From: Styela clava | Taxonomy: Eukaryota | Direction: 5' to 3' | Assembly: GCF_964204865.1 (NCBI RefSeq) | Contig: NC_135260.1 | Coordinates: 15,314,001 to 15,378,000, forward strand | DNA length: 64,000 bases | Shown: piece after piece, positions 1 through 13,300 of the stretch | Layout of the letters: each line of letters opens with the position of its first letter | Numbering within the stretch: position 1 is the stretch's first letter | Made by a program: the position numbers and the translations under genes | The notes under the pieces: model-generated | Databases searched by the model: none | Seen by the model: only the letters and a program-made list of their open reading frames with translations | What the model was told of the DNA's origin: nothing

Positions 1-3000
1 AACGAAATTATGCTTTACGGCGATAATCGGAGTACGTGCGTTCGGGATTTCACATTTTGGTCGTGACGCCATTCACGAAGTCTTGGTTTTCTGACGACGT
101 TTACTTAGATTTCAAACGCGCGGGTCAGTGATTATGGGTGAGTCCAAGTCCGCTATACAAAAAAAAACATCACTGAACTTGATTCCCAGAGAATGCATGA
201 AGAAATTCTGACAATTCTACGACAGCATTTACAGCTCGTGTACACAGCCTAACAAAAGCTACATTCTTGAAAAGGACGTGTTCACAAAAAGAGGTTCAGC
301 GGAAAATATCAATATGTCGTCCACTGAAAAAACGACACATACCTTGATACCGTGAATGAACCTTCTCGAAATATATGGCGTAGGCTTTGCAAATTCACAA
401 AGAAAAGCTTCATGAAAATGATCGTCAAGATTGTGAGAGACGACAGCCACGATAAAATCCAATCACGATTGGAACGTGACAGTCACGTGCCTGGAACTGG
501 CGCTTCCGAGTTTCATGTCCCATCACATTTTTTCAAAACATGCCTGTAATTTCCGTTTTAGAACGTGTCGGAAGTAGATGTTGATACAAAATGGACGCCA
601 GCTGGGTACATTTGATCGACTAAAATTACTTTCACAGAAACTTTGAGTTCTTTTTTCGATGTTGATGATGATTTAATTATAAAACACCTGAATAAACAGC
701 AAGAAATATTAGCAGATGTTCCTTATACGAAGATGCCCAAAAACGTGTTCATTATTACTTCTTTCTAACAATAAAAGCGCATTTGAAGACTTTATCCTAA
801 AATTATTCACTTTTTCATGCAAAATCCTTTGGACTGGCCAGCTGCTTATATCGTTCATCTTCCGACAAATATGAATTGTTTGTCGAGTTTTGTGGGGCAA
901 AATGTGCCGATAGAGTTGAAATTTCTTTCCAATACACCAGGTGCAAACGTTGTTCGAGATCACTGCTTGAGGTCAGTACCCACGAATTCTTGGAAATTTT
1001 GTTTTATTTTATGATGACAACCTATATTTATCTAAGCACAGATTATTTACAATCAAAATTTTAGGAAGAAACAGCGATGGGAATGCTGAATTTCGCAGTT
1101 TTAAAAAACCACCAGTGACGTTCTAAGTCTGTTACAGTATTGAACCGAATTTGATTCTCTGAAATGCCATATCAGGCTGGAACCTTGTACAGTTTTCTCA
1201 ATCGTACATCTGAGACAGTTTGCCGATTCTGGGCGTCAACTTAGACCACAATAAAATTCTTCTTTAAGATAAGCCTTCTCATTAGATAGGCCTGCTTAGG
1301 CATCAGCGACGAACTTACGTTTCTACTAAACCGGCTAAGCTAATATTATTTGTGGAATATAATGTCGGTTTGTAACCACTAACTTGAACTATATATATAT
1401 ATAAACCACGACAAGATATTGCATTCTTAAGAGCGTGAGAGCGCAAAGAACTGCTTCTACTACCGGTATCCGTGAAATATAAAAACACTTCATTGGATGG
1501 TCAAGTTCTAGTTTCCTGTAGTTCTTGATTCAACCACATTTCTCTCAATTGAATGGCCGTGTGTTATTCGGGTTACATTGGGCCGTTATCGTTTTGAGAT
1601 CTGATTCTCATCATAACATTCACATGCATTCGGTTCGTGACCCGCAAAACAAAATATGTGGTTGGCATAATTTAAAATTGAACCAACCAATAAAATTAGA
1701 TAATCAGGGTGCCATTTTAACGTGACGATTACACAATACGTGCAAATTTGATGCGTCCCACTGCTCTAAAATGGATGAAACATGAACATCGTTTCCATCT
1801 TTGTAACCATTTCATTTTACACTAGAAACCTGGATTGAGTGAAAAACTTTCCAACCCTACCCCAATCCTACCCAAGATTATTTTACGCGTTTCAAATTTC
1901 ATGTCTGTCAAACCCCCATTCATTAAATACATATTTACACAGGTAACTAATAAATTCCCAATATGTTTAAGTCAAATTATTACACATTTCGGTAGATATA
2001 TGTAGGAATTCTTCAGACATAAATTCATGAAGTTTGATCATGCCTTTTATTTTAGACAATATTCAAGTACCTTCGAGAGGGGAGATTTCAGTTTACATTA
2101 TGTGGAATATATATGCTACGGAATTCCGATAGCATCAAAATTCTCAAATTAAAAATAAGCTTTCCTTGGTGTTGTACTGACTAAAATAATTTTTTCCGTC
2201 TTCCTCATAACGTTTGGAGGGTATATTCAAGTTGAAGTGTGTCCAATTCTATACTTCTTATGCATTGATTTGGGTATATGTGTGCTTTTACTAATTATTT
2301 TTAATATTTCTATATAAAAATACCTACGGCCCTAATTTTAGTGAATTTCGCAAAATATGATTTAAATTTTCATCTACGAGTTCATATCATAATTCTTTGT
2401 TTATTATTATTCATTCAAATATGTCGGAATGATATGTCAAAAATTAAAATGCAATTTATCTTTGCCAATTATGATTTGATGATAGTTGAAGATAAGTTAT
2501 AATGAATTTAATACTATGTGAACATTTTCTAATTATATTTCTCAAGCATGAGAATCGAGTGTAATACACCTGTTCGCCCTCTCGTCCCGTGCTTAGTTAA
2601 GCCATCGTGTAATGAAATAATGTAAATATTTCCCATCTCAGATTAACTGACAAACATAAGTTTATATGTATTATGACAGACCAACGTAACGTACCTCTCT
2701 GCACTGCATTATGCCTCGCTGGTTAAGTGGATCGACAAATCGCTTCATGTTTACACAGCTGTGCGATATTCGCACAATTACCTCAATCTCGGTGAATGAA
2801 ACGACAGCCACGTGACAGGCATCTTGTAACTGTTACTGATACAAATAACAAAAGAATGTACCTGATAATTACGGTTCTTGGTAACGCTTGTTGTTGATTT
2901 TTCAGTTACCACTAGTTGCTTTCGCGGTTTTACAAGTCATACAAAACTAGTGGTTCCAAATTTTGACGTCGGTATAGCTAAACTAAGATTTAGTCCACCT

Positions 3001-4420
3001 GTTATGCATCATCGCAGGCAATAACTGCAATATTTTTATTCGTGGTATATTTTGTTTCGGCCTAATTCTAACTGAAAACAAATGATTGTCGACTTATTTG
3101 TTTAAAAAATTACAGCTCAATATTTGAAGTTCATTAACAATTGTATGTGGCGTTCAAATCCGTTTGAAAATTGGCCATGATGTGTAATCATCATGGAACT
3201 TTCGAATACATCACCACACATCAATGCAATAGAGTTCCTTTTAAATTCTTGATCTCTGTGACTAGAACGGCTTTCGCCATACAAAGGTGTGGCAGAGCAA
3301 ACCTTAAAAATAAATATGTGCTTCGCAAAGTCGTTACACAAAAAAGAGGTTAACGTAAAATTCCTATGAAAAATTAACAAGTCAATAAACGGGTATTGAA
3401 GTTGACACAATATGTTTTGAGCGACCAAAATTTTTCTATTGTCGATAATGTGTTTTGGGATGGGGAAGGAACATGATGCATGCTAGAATTATTTGTGCTA
3501 TGGCGACGATTCGTCTAATAGTAAAAATAACGGCAACTGTTGAACTTGATTAATTGAAATTATGTTATTTTACCTCACAAGAGCTGGTTTTCGGATTTTG
3601 GTTTTAGTGGAATGTTGAAAACTTTTTGCTCTAAGATTCCTTGATAATGTTTATGTTTCCGCTGTGGCTTTATAAACCACCGAAATACAACAATGAGGTA
3701 GCCATTTTATTGTTATTATATTCCTCTGAATAAATATGTAACTAACTCACCGGTAATCAAGTTGTATCCATTCTGAGTGCAGCTGGACCTCGTCGTGGGA
3801 ACGTATCTGTGACTCAAATTCGATTGTGCCATAGTTCATATTTTTATTTAACGCAACTTCGAGCAAGCACCTGTCTGACATCGATCTTTACGATGTGGTA
3901 AGTTTCGTCGAAAAGCAGATGTAGTAGGAAAATATCGATAACGATTGTCATGAAATGTGGATTTTTGTTTAATTTTAATTTACTTATTTTAACGAGGGAG
4001 TTTTATGATAGAACATATCCATAGTATACTTTAAATCTTGATGTTGTATTAAAATTCGATTAGCAATTATTGAACATTATAAATATGTGTATGTGGTTAC
4101 ATGCCTGTCGTACATACCAATACAGTCATTGTACCAGTATTGACACTTTTTCACGCTTATACGGGATCCCTCTCGCACACTGCGCAATCCATAAAACAGT
4201 TATTGTATATTTACTGTGCAAACCTGAGAAAAAACAGATTTAGAAAGTCTAGTTTCAACCCAAAACAGAGAGACATAATAATTGTCAAAGCAATAGCTCT
4301 TATAAGTAGTTAAGTAAATAAAATATTGGTGCTGCTATGTATTCAGGAAAAACTGGTTTTATGGCTAACCGCTACTTGCGTGTACGCTCTCGTGCGCAAA
4401 AACTTTATTCGACGACTGGA

Positions 4421-4852
4421 TAGGGTGACCATATTTCCAAACCCTAAAAGGAGGACACATTGTCGTCAACATTGCTGGGTTATTTTTTTGTATTATCGTA
4501 AAAATCGGCGTAAAACCTAATTGTGAAACAAAACGATTTTACGTAGTAAACGAGTAAGCATGAGAAGTGTGCATTTAATTAGAGTAAACCCGTCTGCATG
4601 CTATCACCAGAGTCATTCTCTGCTATTGCAATGCATTGCTTGTCATGTGTATAATGATTTATTACAAGTCTCTACTGACTTTGGAATTTTCTTAACATAT
4701 CAAAAACTTTCGATAATATAGGAGAATTCCAAATATTTAATCCCGTGAAAAAGGGAGGACATTTTGACATTTTAGAGCGTCCTCGGAGGACACAAATGTT
4801 TTAACGGAAAAGGAGGACACATCCTCCAAAAGGAGGACGTATGGTCACCCTA
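4421..4852. mobile_element. Non-autonomous hAT MITE (TAGGGTGACC-type ends), 432 bp
   Basis: 13-bp perfect TIR (TAGGGTGACCATA...TATGGTCACCCTA), exact 8-bp TSD CGACTGGA (4413-4420 and 4853-4860), repeated subterminal GGAGGAC motifs. 8-bp TSDs are characteristic of hAT. Confidence 0.9.
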
Positions 4853-7800
4853 CGACTGGACGACTGGGCTAGAACATGTGTATTTCGGTTGTACAAATTT
4901 TCGACATTTGCTCACCAAATACCAATACCGACATCCATATAAAACGTATCGCAGCATTTGTGCGTAACATAGAAATATAAATAGTTAAGTGAAAATTTTG
5001 CAGGGAAATTAAGTTTCACCTAAAAACCCGTACTTTAATAACAATTTGAAGTCATCAATTTTTCTTTGCTTCAGTAGAACTTGAGTGTCTATAATCCGTT
5101 TCTGACTGATTCTTCAGTAGCTGCACGTTCACATTTTTATGTAACCTTTTCTCTTCTAGGTGAGTGTTTTTGTCTTGCGATGGTTTACCCCCGTGTGCAA
5201 AGCATATAGTAGAAATATTGAATTTTTATGAAATACGGTTCCTATTAGGCGTTTTATTACAAAGTATTGAATTTGAATTGTAATTGACCCATTGCCCGAG
5301 GTGCGATAAAATTGAAACTGTCGCATCAAATTCGCAAAATGAAAGATGTTCATCTTGATAATTTCACACCTTTGTGTAATATGACGCAGTTTATCTCGTC
5401 ATAAGCCTATAAAATAATAAAAAGTCGACCCATGTTTTCGCGCTAAACACGATCAATTGTCGTGTTAAAATGGAATTGAATGCGGTCATTCCCATATCAT
5501 ATTCGTGAAAATGAATTTTTCTGTCACAATGGAGATAAAACACAATAACAAGTATTTGTACGCATTGAAATAATGTACATAATTGACCTGTATTTTCAAA
5601 TAATGAAGAGTGCTATGAAAATAAATGCTTTCTTAAACTATATTCATTTTTGAGAGTTGAACCAAAATGAGCAAATATGGAAAAATGCAGCCGCAACGAA
5701 ACTTTTTCTTAGCAAAATAGAAGTGTTTTCACGTTTTGCACTTTGTTTGCAAAGCTATGTTTTAGATTCAATAGTTTAATTTACAATACCATTTTTCACC
5801 ATAGCAATGTGCCGCATCATATCGAAAATTAAAAGCACTCTTCCTTTTTATTCACTTTCTCAATTCCATTATAAACATAGACCAACCCGAGTTGTACTTA
5901 TCAGATGATCCGGTTATACTCGCTCACTGCAGGAGGTAGAAAGCACCTGCTATATGAATATTATTCCATTTGTCGAAAATAATCCAAAAATCCCAGCTGG
6001 ATAATTGGACCAGTAAAATATTTGCGGAAACTTTTGGATGGAAAAGCTTATCATCATTCGATGTTGCCCATAGCTAGAACACTCGTATTTGTAAAATTAC
6101 AATTACACTTGGTCCGTAGTACAATAGTATGCGAATTGTACAAAATCATGCGTCACATAGTGTTTATAAGAGAAGCGGGGAACGAAGCTAACCATAGTCT
6201 GTCAGGCAGGCTAAGGGAACTTTAATGTGAAATGTTAGCCGGTTTGTTGAATAACATTGTATATGACTGTCCATATTTTATTATAATTTGTTTCGTTTCT
6301 TCGCACCGATCTAGTGCGTGCGACGTTTGGTTGTATAATTTAATATCGGGTTTGTGTACGAACCCGACGCGCAAATGCAAAAATATATTTATTTTAGGCC
6401 CAAATGTCGAATAACCCAAATAATCAACTAACTATTGTTATATTATCTCTGCGATATAATACCTAACTAAGCCTGTAAATCTATCACTTGAATTAAGTCA
6501 TCCATTTTGTCAACGTTTACTTTTTATTTAATTCCAGATATATGTCAATGTTTATCTCTTGAAATGTGCGGTATTTTAACGAAAGTTTGATTGTCTTATC
6601 AATTATGAGAGTTTGGTGCATTACATACATATACATGGCAGATGCTTTACCGACTGTTGTTACAGTCCTTTTTATATTATTAACTGTATTTCTGAAATCT
6701 TTGGGCAGAGAGCGTTATCAGAGAACGACATCCGTTTTTGTGGGTGCGTTTAGTATATATTATGATAAATGTCATCTTCAACGCATACTGTTCGATAAAA
6801 GCGCAAGAAACGTATGCTAGTCATGAACTTATATTGACCTTTTGAAATGAAGTGAGTTATTCTCAAATGTGGTGTAACTTTGTGAACAAACCTTTTTTGC
6901 TGTCGATGTGCCATTATTTTAACACTACAAAATCTTGCCAAGGAAATTATGAATGATATTTCATTTCTGCTTGTTAACGCATTGATTCTGAGATTTATGA
7001 ATAGATTTAAAAATTCCGTTAAATTTAAAATGTATATATGTAATTTTAGTTGTGAATTTCACGTCTTGTAATTGGCTGTGTAATAATTTTCTATAAGCCT
7101 GTTGAATGTTGTGGTAATGAAATTCCATAGGCTCTTTTTTTTTTTGAAAAATTTACAAAACAAATGCATTACATTCAGCAAGCACTGGGTTTTATATGAA
7201 GTAATAACGATAAAATGATTATCAGATAAATGTGACTAATCTGTCAGTTAGACACCCAATCGCAAGCTGCGTTTGTATAGCGAGTTGCGATCGACTGCAA
7301 ATATTGTGTGAGCTCTCAACGGCCGGTTTATTGATACTAGCTGATCACGTGGTTGCAAATCAGTAAAATAATTATATATTATGCTGTTATTGTGTATTTG
7401 AAGATTTTCGATAGCCTATATGTGCACATATTGCCTATGTTCGCCGAGCATGATACATACGACAATTTCGTCCGGCATTATAAATCTAGCGCTCGAACTA
7501 AAGTGTATAACAGAAATATTGTTAATCTAAATTTAACAATTCAAAAATGACCAAGTTTGAATCACAGTAATTTTACACTGTCTTTAGTTTTTTTTATCAG
7601 TTTACTTACACTGCGCTTATTGAAAATGCTACACTGCCAAATCAAGTGCCCGCTGACAGGATGAAAGTCGACTCACCGACGAGAAGAGGCAGCGGAAGAA
7701 AGCAAACGATTAGAGAGTGCAAAGGTGAGGTGTGAACAAACGACTAATGTGGATGTAATTGGCAACGAATGTGTTGACTGAGCTAATTTATTTCACCTGC

Positions 7801-8937
7801 GTCCGTTAATCTTATCTTACTTGTTGCGAAAACAGGTGATCATCCTGTACTCAAGTAACATGACGGACTAAACTTACTTAGCTAATGTAAACTGTATATT
7901 GTAATTTTCAATAAGTAAATCCTTCATTACACATTTGTCACAGTTAAACCGCGATTAAAATTTTTTTTATCAAAGACTGATTAGGACATCATTTCAGTCA
8001 ACCGCGTAATGTTATATTAACCACACCTAAAAACTTGCATATATTTATAAGCTGTAGGATCATAAAATATTGCGACAAGGGCAACGACCTGATCCCTAAA
8101 TTGAGTAAGTAACTGCGTTAAGTTGAAGCAAAATTCATCTTCGACTTACGATTTCTTATTCTCTGGATGTACGATTTTGGCGTTTTGTGCATTTCGCTAT
8201 CCGCGTAACCAATGCATTCGACCAATACTATTTAATGATAAAATTATCCTTTTCTTCTATAGAATTGAATATACATGTGGTACTGTATATAGGCAGTGAA
8301 ATATGTTCATACAAAAGATAGCAACCGGCATCCATCGTTTCATCAATCACCGAACACGCATTGCTGTCAGTCATCCGCGACACAATTTCCCCGTCTGTGT
8401 CGACTTTGCTTTCATTAAAAATTTATCATTGGGCATTTTGTATGCGCAAACAGTTGCACTTGCCTATTGCTATAAACTTTTGAATGCTGCTAAATATATT
8501 AGAAAACGCGAAGCGAGAAATGTGGTTATAATGTGAGCCCATTGTAATCTCTCCCTTCAAATATTAGCTTTTTTCTACAAACAGAATCATTAATTCGGTA
8601 GAGGTCTAAACTTTCGTGCATTCTTACAGGTGTTATGACGCTAGTTCGCCTTGACCGGGCATGGGAACAGTCGCATTTTTAAAGTGCACGGATTTATCAA
8701 TGGAAGAACCGTGACCGCACGCTTGTCTAATTACAACTTGTAATGTGTGAACGCTGTGTGATAATAGCTTACTCGGATAATGGGATATTGTCTCGATTGT
8801 AGGTCAAGGACTTCCTAATTGTGGTACATGAAGAATCAAATAGCCGTATTACATGCCATTCCCGAATATATTACGGGACGGAGTTAGCTCTATCAGTTCA
8901 CTAGTGCTTCATTCAATTGCCATACTCGGCAGGGCAC

Positions 8938-8945
8938 TATAAATA
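8938..8945 (+). promoter_or_regulatory. Putative TATA box of the BMP3-like gene
   Basis: TATAAATA about 760 bp upstream of the ATG, followed by a candidate donor (GAG|GTAATA, 9235) and a polypyrimidine acceptor (TTTTTTACAG, 9603). Confidence 0.4.
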
Positions 8946-9700
8946 CCAGGCCAAATTCTTCATCACCGACGAAAAAGAGATCTTAGTGTTGCGGGAAAAG
9001 AAGAAGTATCGTCGAGCCTGCGATACGAAAAACAGTTCAGAATGATGCTGTTGTAATGTTTACGAGGCACCTGTACGAACGAGCACCATTTACGGCTGAG
9101 ATATGTTCAGAACAAGTCAGCCTTTAAAAACAGATCAAACAATTTGACGAGGTAGTGTGTTTGTCGAATGTGGCAATGATTTATACAACGCAGATTGAGT
9201 AACGAAATTGCCAAGTCGAGATTGCATGAAAGAGGTAATATGTTCATCGTGGAGGCAAAATGTGTGTATTTAGCAATAACTTTAGAGCACATAAGAACAT
9301 TATTGCGTCAAGAAAGGAAATACTGATTGCAATACCGCTATTGAAGTTTAGCTTAGCATGGATCACTGTATGGTCAGAAATCCAAAAATAAAATAATGGT
9401 GAATAAATCAAATCTGGATAGTAATATACTAAAAACTAAATGTAAAATATTTCACGGAAAATGAATACAATAAATCAGTCAGTGGTCAGTCCCTGTTGCA
9501 AATTTAATTAGTAACTTCAAAAAGTCGTAAGGGTAGTTTTAATACAATACTGTTGAGTTTTTTTAACCTACCACATTTTTAATGATGAGCAACTTTTTTA
9601 CAGTTTAGTATGCTATACTTTTCTTACTTTTGGAGAATATTTCACTGATTAAAATATTTTGGATACTTATATATTCGAATTTCCTACGGACAACAGCACA

Positions 9701-10388
9701 ATGAAGGGGATACGTGCGCATAGCATACGCAGTCCTGCGATATTATTTTTGATTTGCATTTGCGTTATTTTATTTGGTACGACATATGGGGAATTAAACA
9801 CAAGAAAAGAGGGAAGAAGGCTTCATAAGGACTCAAACGAACTCTCAGTTTCAGAACATCAAAATATTCGTACTAGCAATGCTACCTCACGTGTATCTCT
9901 CATCGAAACAAGTCCTATCTCACAAATAAATCCCAGTACAGATGCTAATCAGAGATCAGTACAGAGACGTAAAGACCGACAACGGAAAAAATCTAAACAT
10001 GGTCGACGTGAGAAAGGAAATAAAAGGAATGGCAGAAAACGAAAAGATAATGAACTAAACAGAGGTGGGGAAACGGACATCAACGAAGTTCTTCGAAATA
10101 CAATGAGACATATGTTTGGATTTGACCACATCCCAGTAACCACATTGCCTCCTGTCGACGCGAAACCACGTACTGCATACGTCGATCTTGATTTGACCGA
10201 TTCCCATACCGACTATGTGAACAAAAAAGATATCAAGTCGTCCTGGTTAGACCAAAATGAAGATATGATGCCGCAACCTCCGGATTTCATGTTAGAGTTG
10301 TACAGAACATATTCACGAGATAACAACTTGATGATGTTGCATTCTATATCGCAAGGAAATACCGTCCGAAGCTTTTTCCCATCTCCAG
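9701..10388 (+). CDS. BMP3: BMP3-like coding exon 1 (signal peptide, basic tract, prodomain start)
   Basis: ATG at 9701 in ORF 9659-10396; donor CAG|GTGGGT at 10389, phase 1. Confidence 0.85.
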
Positions 10389-13300
10389 GTGGGTGATATG
10401 TCTTGTTTTTTTTAAACTTTGCTGTGTACAAAAAACGCAGCGGAATCAATTTTTCGCGGGACCCGAGTAGATATTGGATAACAGAGACAAGTTTCAACCG
10501 TGAATGGAATGACATTGGCGGTTTCTTACACGATAACGTATTAGGTAAAAGGTTGTCAATATTGAATCGACTCCCACATTTATTTTCTGCTATCAGATAA
10601 GTTTTCGAGTAATGGATTCTTCCTCTAAAATCAATCATACTCATACGTTTTATGGTATAGAAATTTATGATCAGGTATTTGATTTACGAAAAAATAAAAA
10701 TAAAATGGTAATAAACATTCACTATAGCCCAATCCATCAACTTTGCTCTTTGATTATTTTGTGAAGGACAGTAATAAGTATCTTCACTTGCTATATTATA
10801 TATATATTTAGCACCATTTCAATAGTTAGGTTACACCCCTATCTGTTTACAAAGGTGTATATTTAACATATGATTGTAACCTCTCATTCAGTGCTCAAAA
10901 CCTTAATTCCTCACTGAGTGGTACCTAAACTCAAGCCAGATGTCGTTCAAAAACTAAATATCTTCCAAGGCCCACAGACTGTATATGACAGCAATTGGGA
11001 TTGGTGGGGTTAGCCACATCCTATCGAAAGTGCGCAGATGAACGCAGGTGAATGAGAAAAGGTGTGGTCGAATAAAAATATCTAATTTTGACCCTGCCGC
11101 GATCTTCACCGCAAAGTGACATCACAAACAACATTGACATATACTTATGTTTTATGTTACGCAGGTCTGATGTCGGCAATAGCATTTACAGATCATGTAT
11201 TTTTACGATGCTCATTTTTTTTTTGCAAAAAGACACATAAAATATAAATGTATTCAAATGTTCAATTGATTTTATATGCTCTCATATCGCGCGATGAACT
11301 TATTGTCCAATTTGTATACGAGTTCTGTTGAGGATTTTAATATCGTCGTAAAACAGATTCGCCTTTAGCGGCAACAGAAGCAAAAATCCGCCGCCGGTAG
11401 TATCTAAGTACCCGATCTTATCAATTCAATGAGGCTTGAATTTGTTTTCACACCTCATTGCTTTCCGAGAGCCACGAAATGTTTGCAAAACAGTGAGCTA
11501 GAAGCGTGGCGTTATTTACCCCAAATTTGGAATCCAAAAAATTCTGAATTAATAAGAGAAAACTGGGCGATCATCGAACAGGTGTTCTTGCGTTTTGGAG
11601 CGTGTGCCGTCAATCAGTCTTCTGAGTTGAGTCTTGTCAAGGTATGAATGATCTTCGCGTGATATATTATCATATAAGAGCCACATATGAACTGCTTTGA
11701 TACTATTCATTCCGAATATAGCCCATGAATAAATTGAAAATATAATTGGATTACGAGAATGCGAACCAAAATGGGCGAAATTTCATCGACGAATATTAAT
11801 TCTCTGGCACAATATTTTTCGTCAATTCAAAAGTCAAAGATCAAAAGATTGATTTTACTTCAGGTCGGTTTACGTCACCAAAGATGATTATGTGTCCAGG
11901 TGCGATGGTGACAATTTAACGAAAATTGGATTACTAAATTATCATCGATCATAAAATATCTGTTGATATTCTGTGATGAAACTGAAACTGTTTATCCGCG
12001 CCCCATGTTTGAATGATCTTGGCAAAAATTTCAAACTTGTTTTTTGAAAATACTCGCAAACACAATGTTTATGCTTTACCATACTATTTGTTGCCACCAA
12101 CCTCAATGTCGTCCTTTTAGCGAAAGTATTTTTCGTCCTAGAATTAGCAAAACTGCATTTGTGACATTTTGAATAAACTGTAAACACTTATGTGCGTGTA
12201 TACGCTTCACGAAAACACAATTTCCGTATATGAAAGAATATGAAAACGTAGGCTTGTGATAATATTAATAAATATGTATATTATAGATTTGCCATATGTA
12301 GTTACCTTCTATATTCTAACTCGGTACACGACTAAGACCGCGGTTTCTAACTTGCGGATTATCTTCGGCTTTTTTAATCTCCTTGAAAAAGTTGAAATAA
12401 TAATCTTGCGGTTATCGATGATGAGTACCTCACGAACAGGTGTGCGAGAGAATTGAACGAAAAGAAAAATGGAGTATTAAAACGGCATTAAGACGTTCTG
12501 AATTTTAAGCCAAATAATCGGCATCACAATACGCCATAAATGATAAAATGCAAAGTTTGTATGAGTACATAACACCTTCACACATATGGCGATGGGACTC
12601 ATTTTAATATAGTTATTTATATTTCATCCGTGCTTGCTTCTTCTGGTCGTGGTTTGGAAATAATTTGTGAAAAAATGTGCAACAAAATAACGCTCAATAT
12701 TATGGTATGTTAAATTTATGTTTTCAAGTTTGAAAAAAGCATTGCTTTATCGGGTCAGCTTTCCCACATATTCGAAAATTTCTTATATGCTTCAACTACT
12801 TATCTTTTACTCGTCAGCAAATTCATAAAGTGATTTTGGGAATTATTAATTTTTAGGACAAACAAAATCTGCCAGTATTCTTAAATATCTAGGCGCATTT
12901 CAATGGAAAATATTTCACAATTCTATTTGTGATAGGCATTAGTACGAGTTGGTCGATACATTTTCATATGTGTTACTGAAATTAGTGTTTTGGACAGAGT
13001 ACAAATTTCAGTGTAATTTCTTCTTTCGAACTCTGAATCTATGAAATTTCTGTTTCATTCGGTTTCAGCGATACGTTTTTGTATTTTACAAACAGCTTTC
13101 AAATTTAGTTTCACCAGTAACGATGATAATTTTTATCTTTGTTTTTGACACCCGTGGATCGCTAACGCATATTAATTTCGCCACCTGCGACCCAAAGCTG
13201 CGATCGACCATACGAAATCCGTCACGATCAACTTAGAAACTCAAGTAATGATCCGTACGGGGGTTATTTGTCGACATGCTGATGAAACTATCAGTCCACA

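Noticed and set aside
1-1089. Coding-like fragments with splice signals (donor 972, acceptor 1064) at the window start
   Set aside because: Frames are interrupted, phases do not join consistently and no family motif is recognisable; at most a decayed gene end.
7600-7933. Solo-LTR-like stretch ending in ...AATAAGTAAATCCTTCATTACACA
   Set aside because: No matching TG start, TSD or second copy found.
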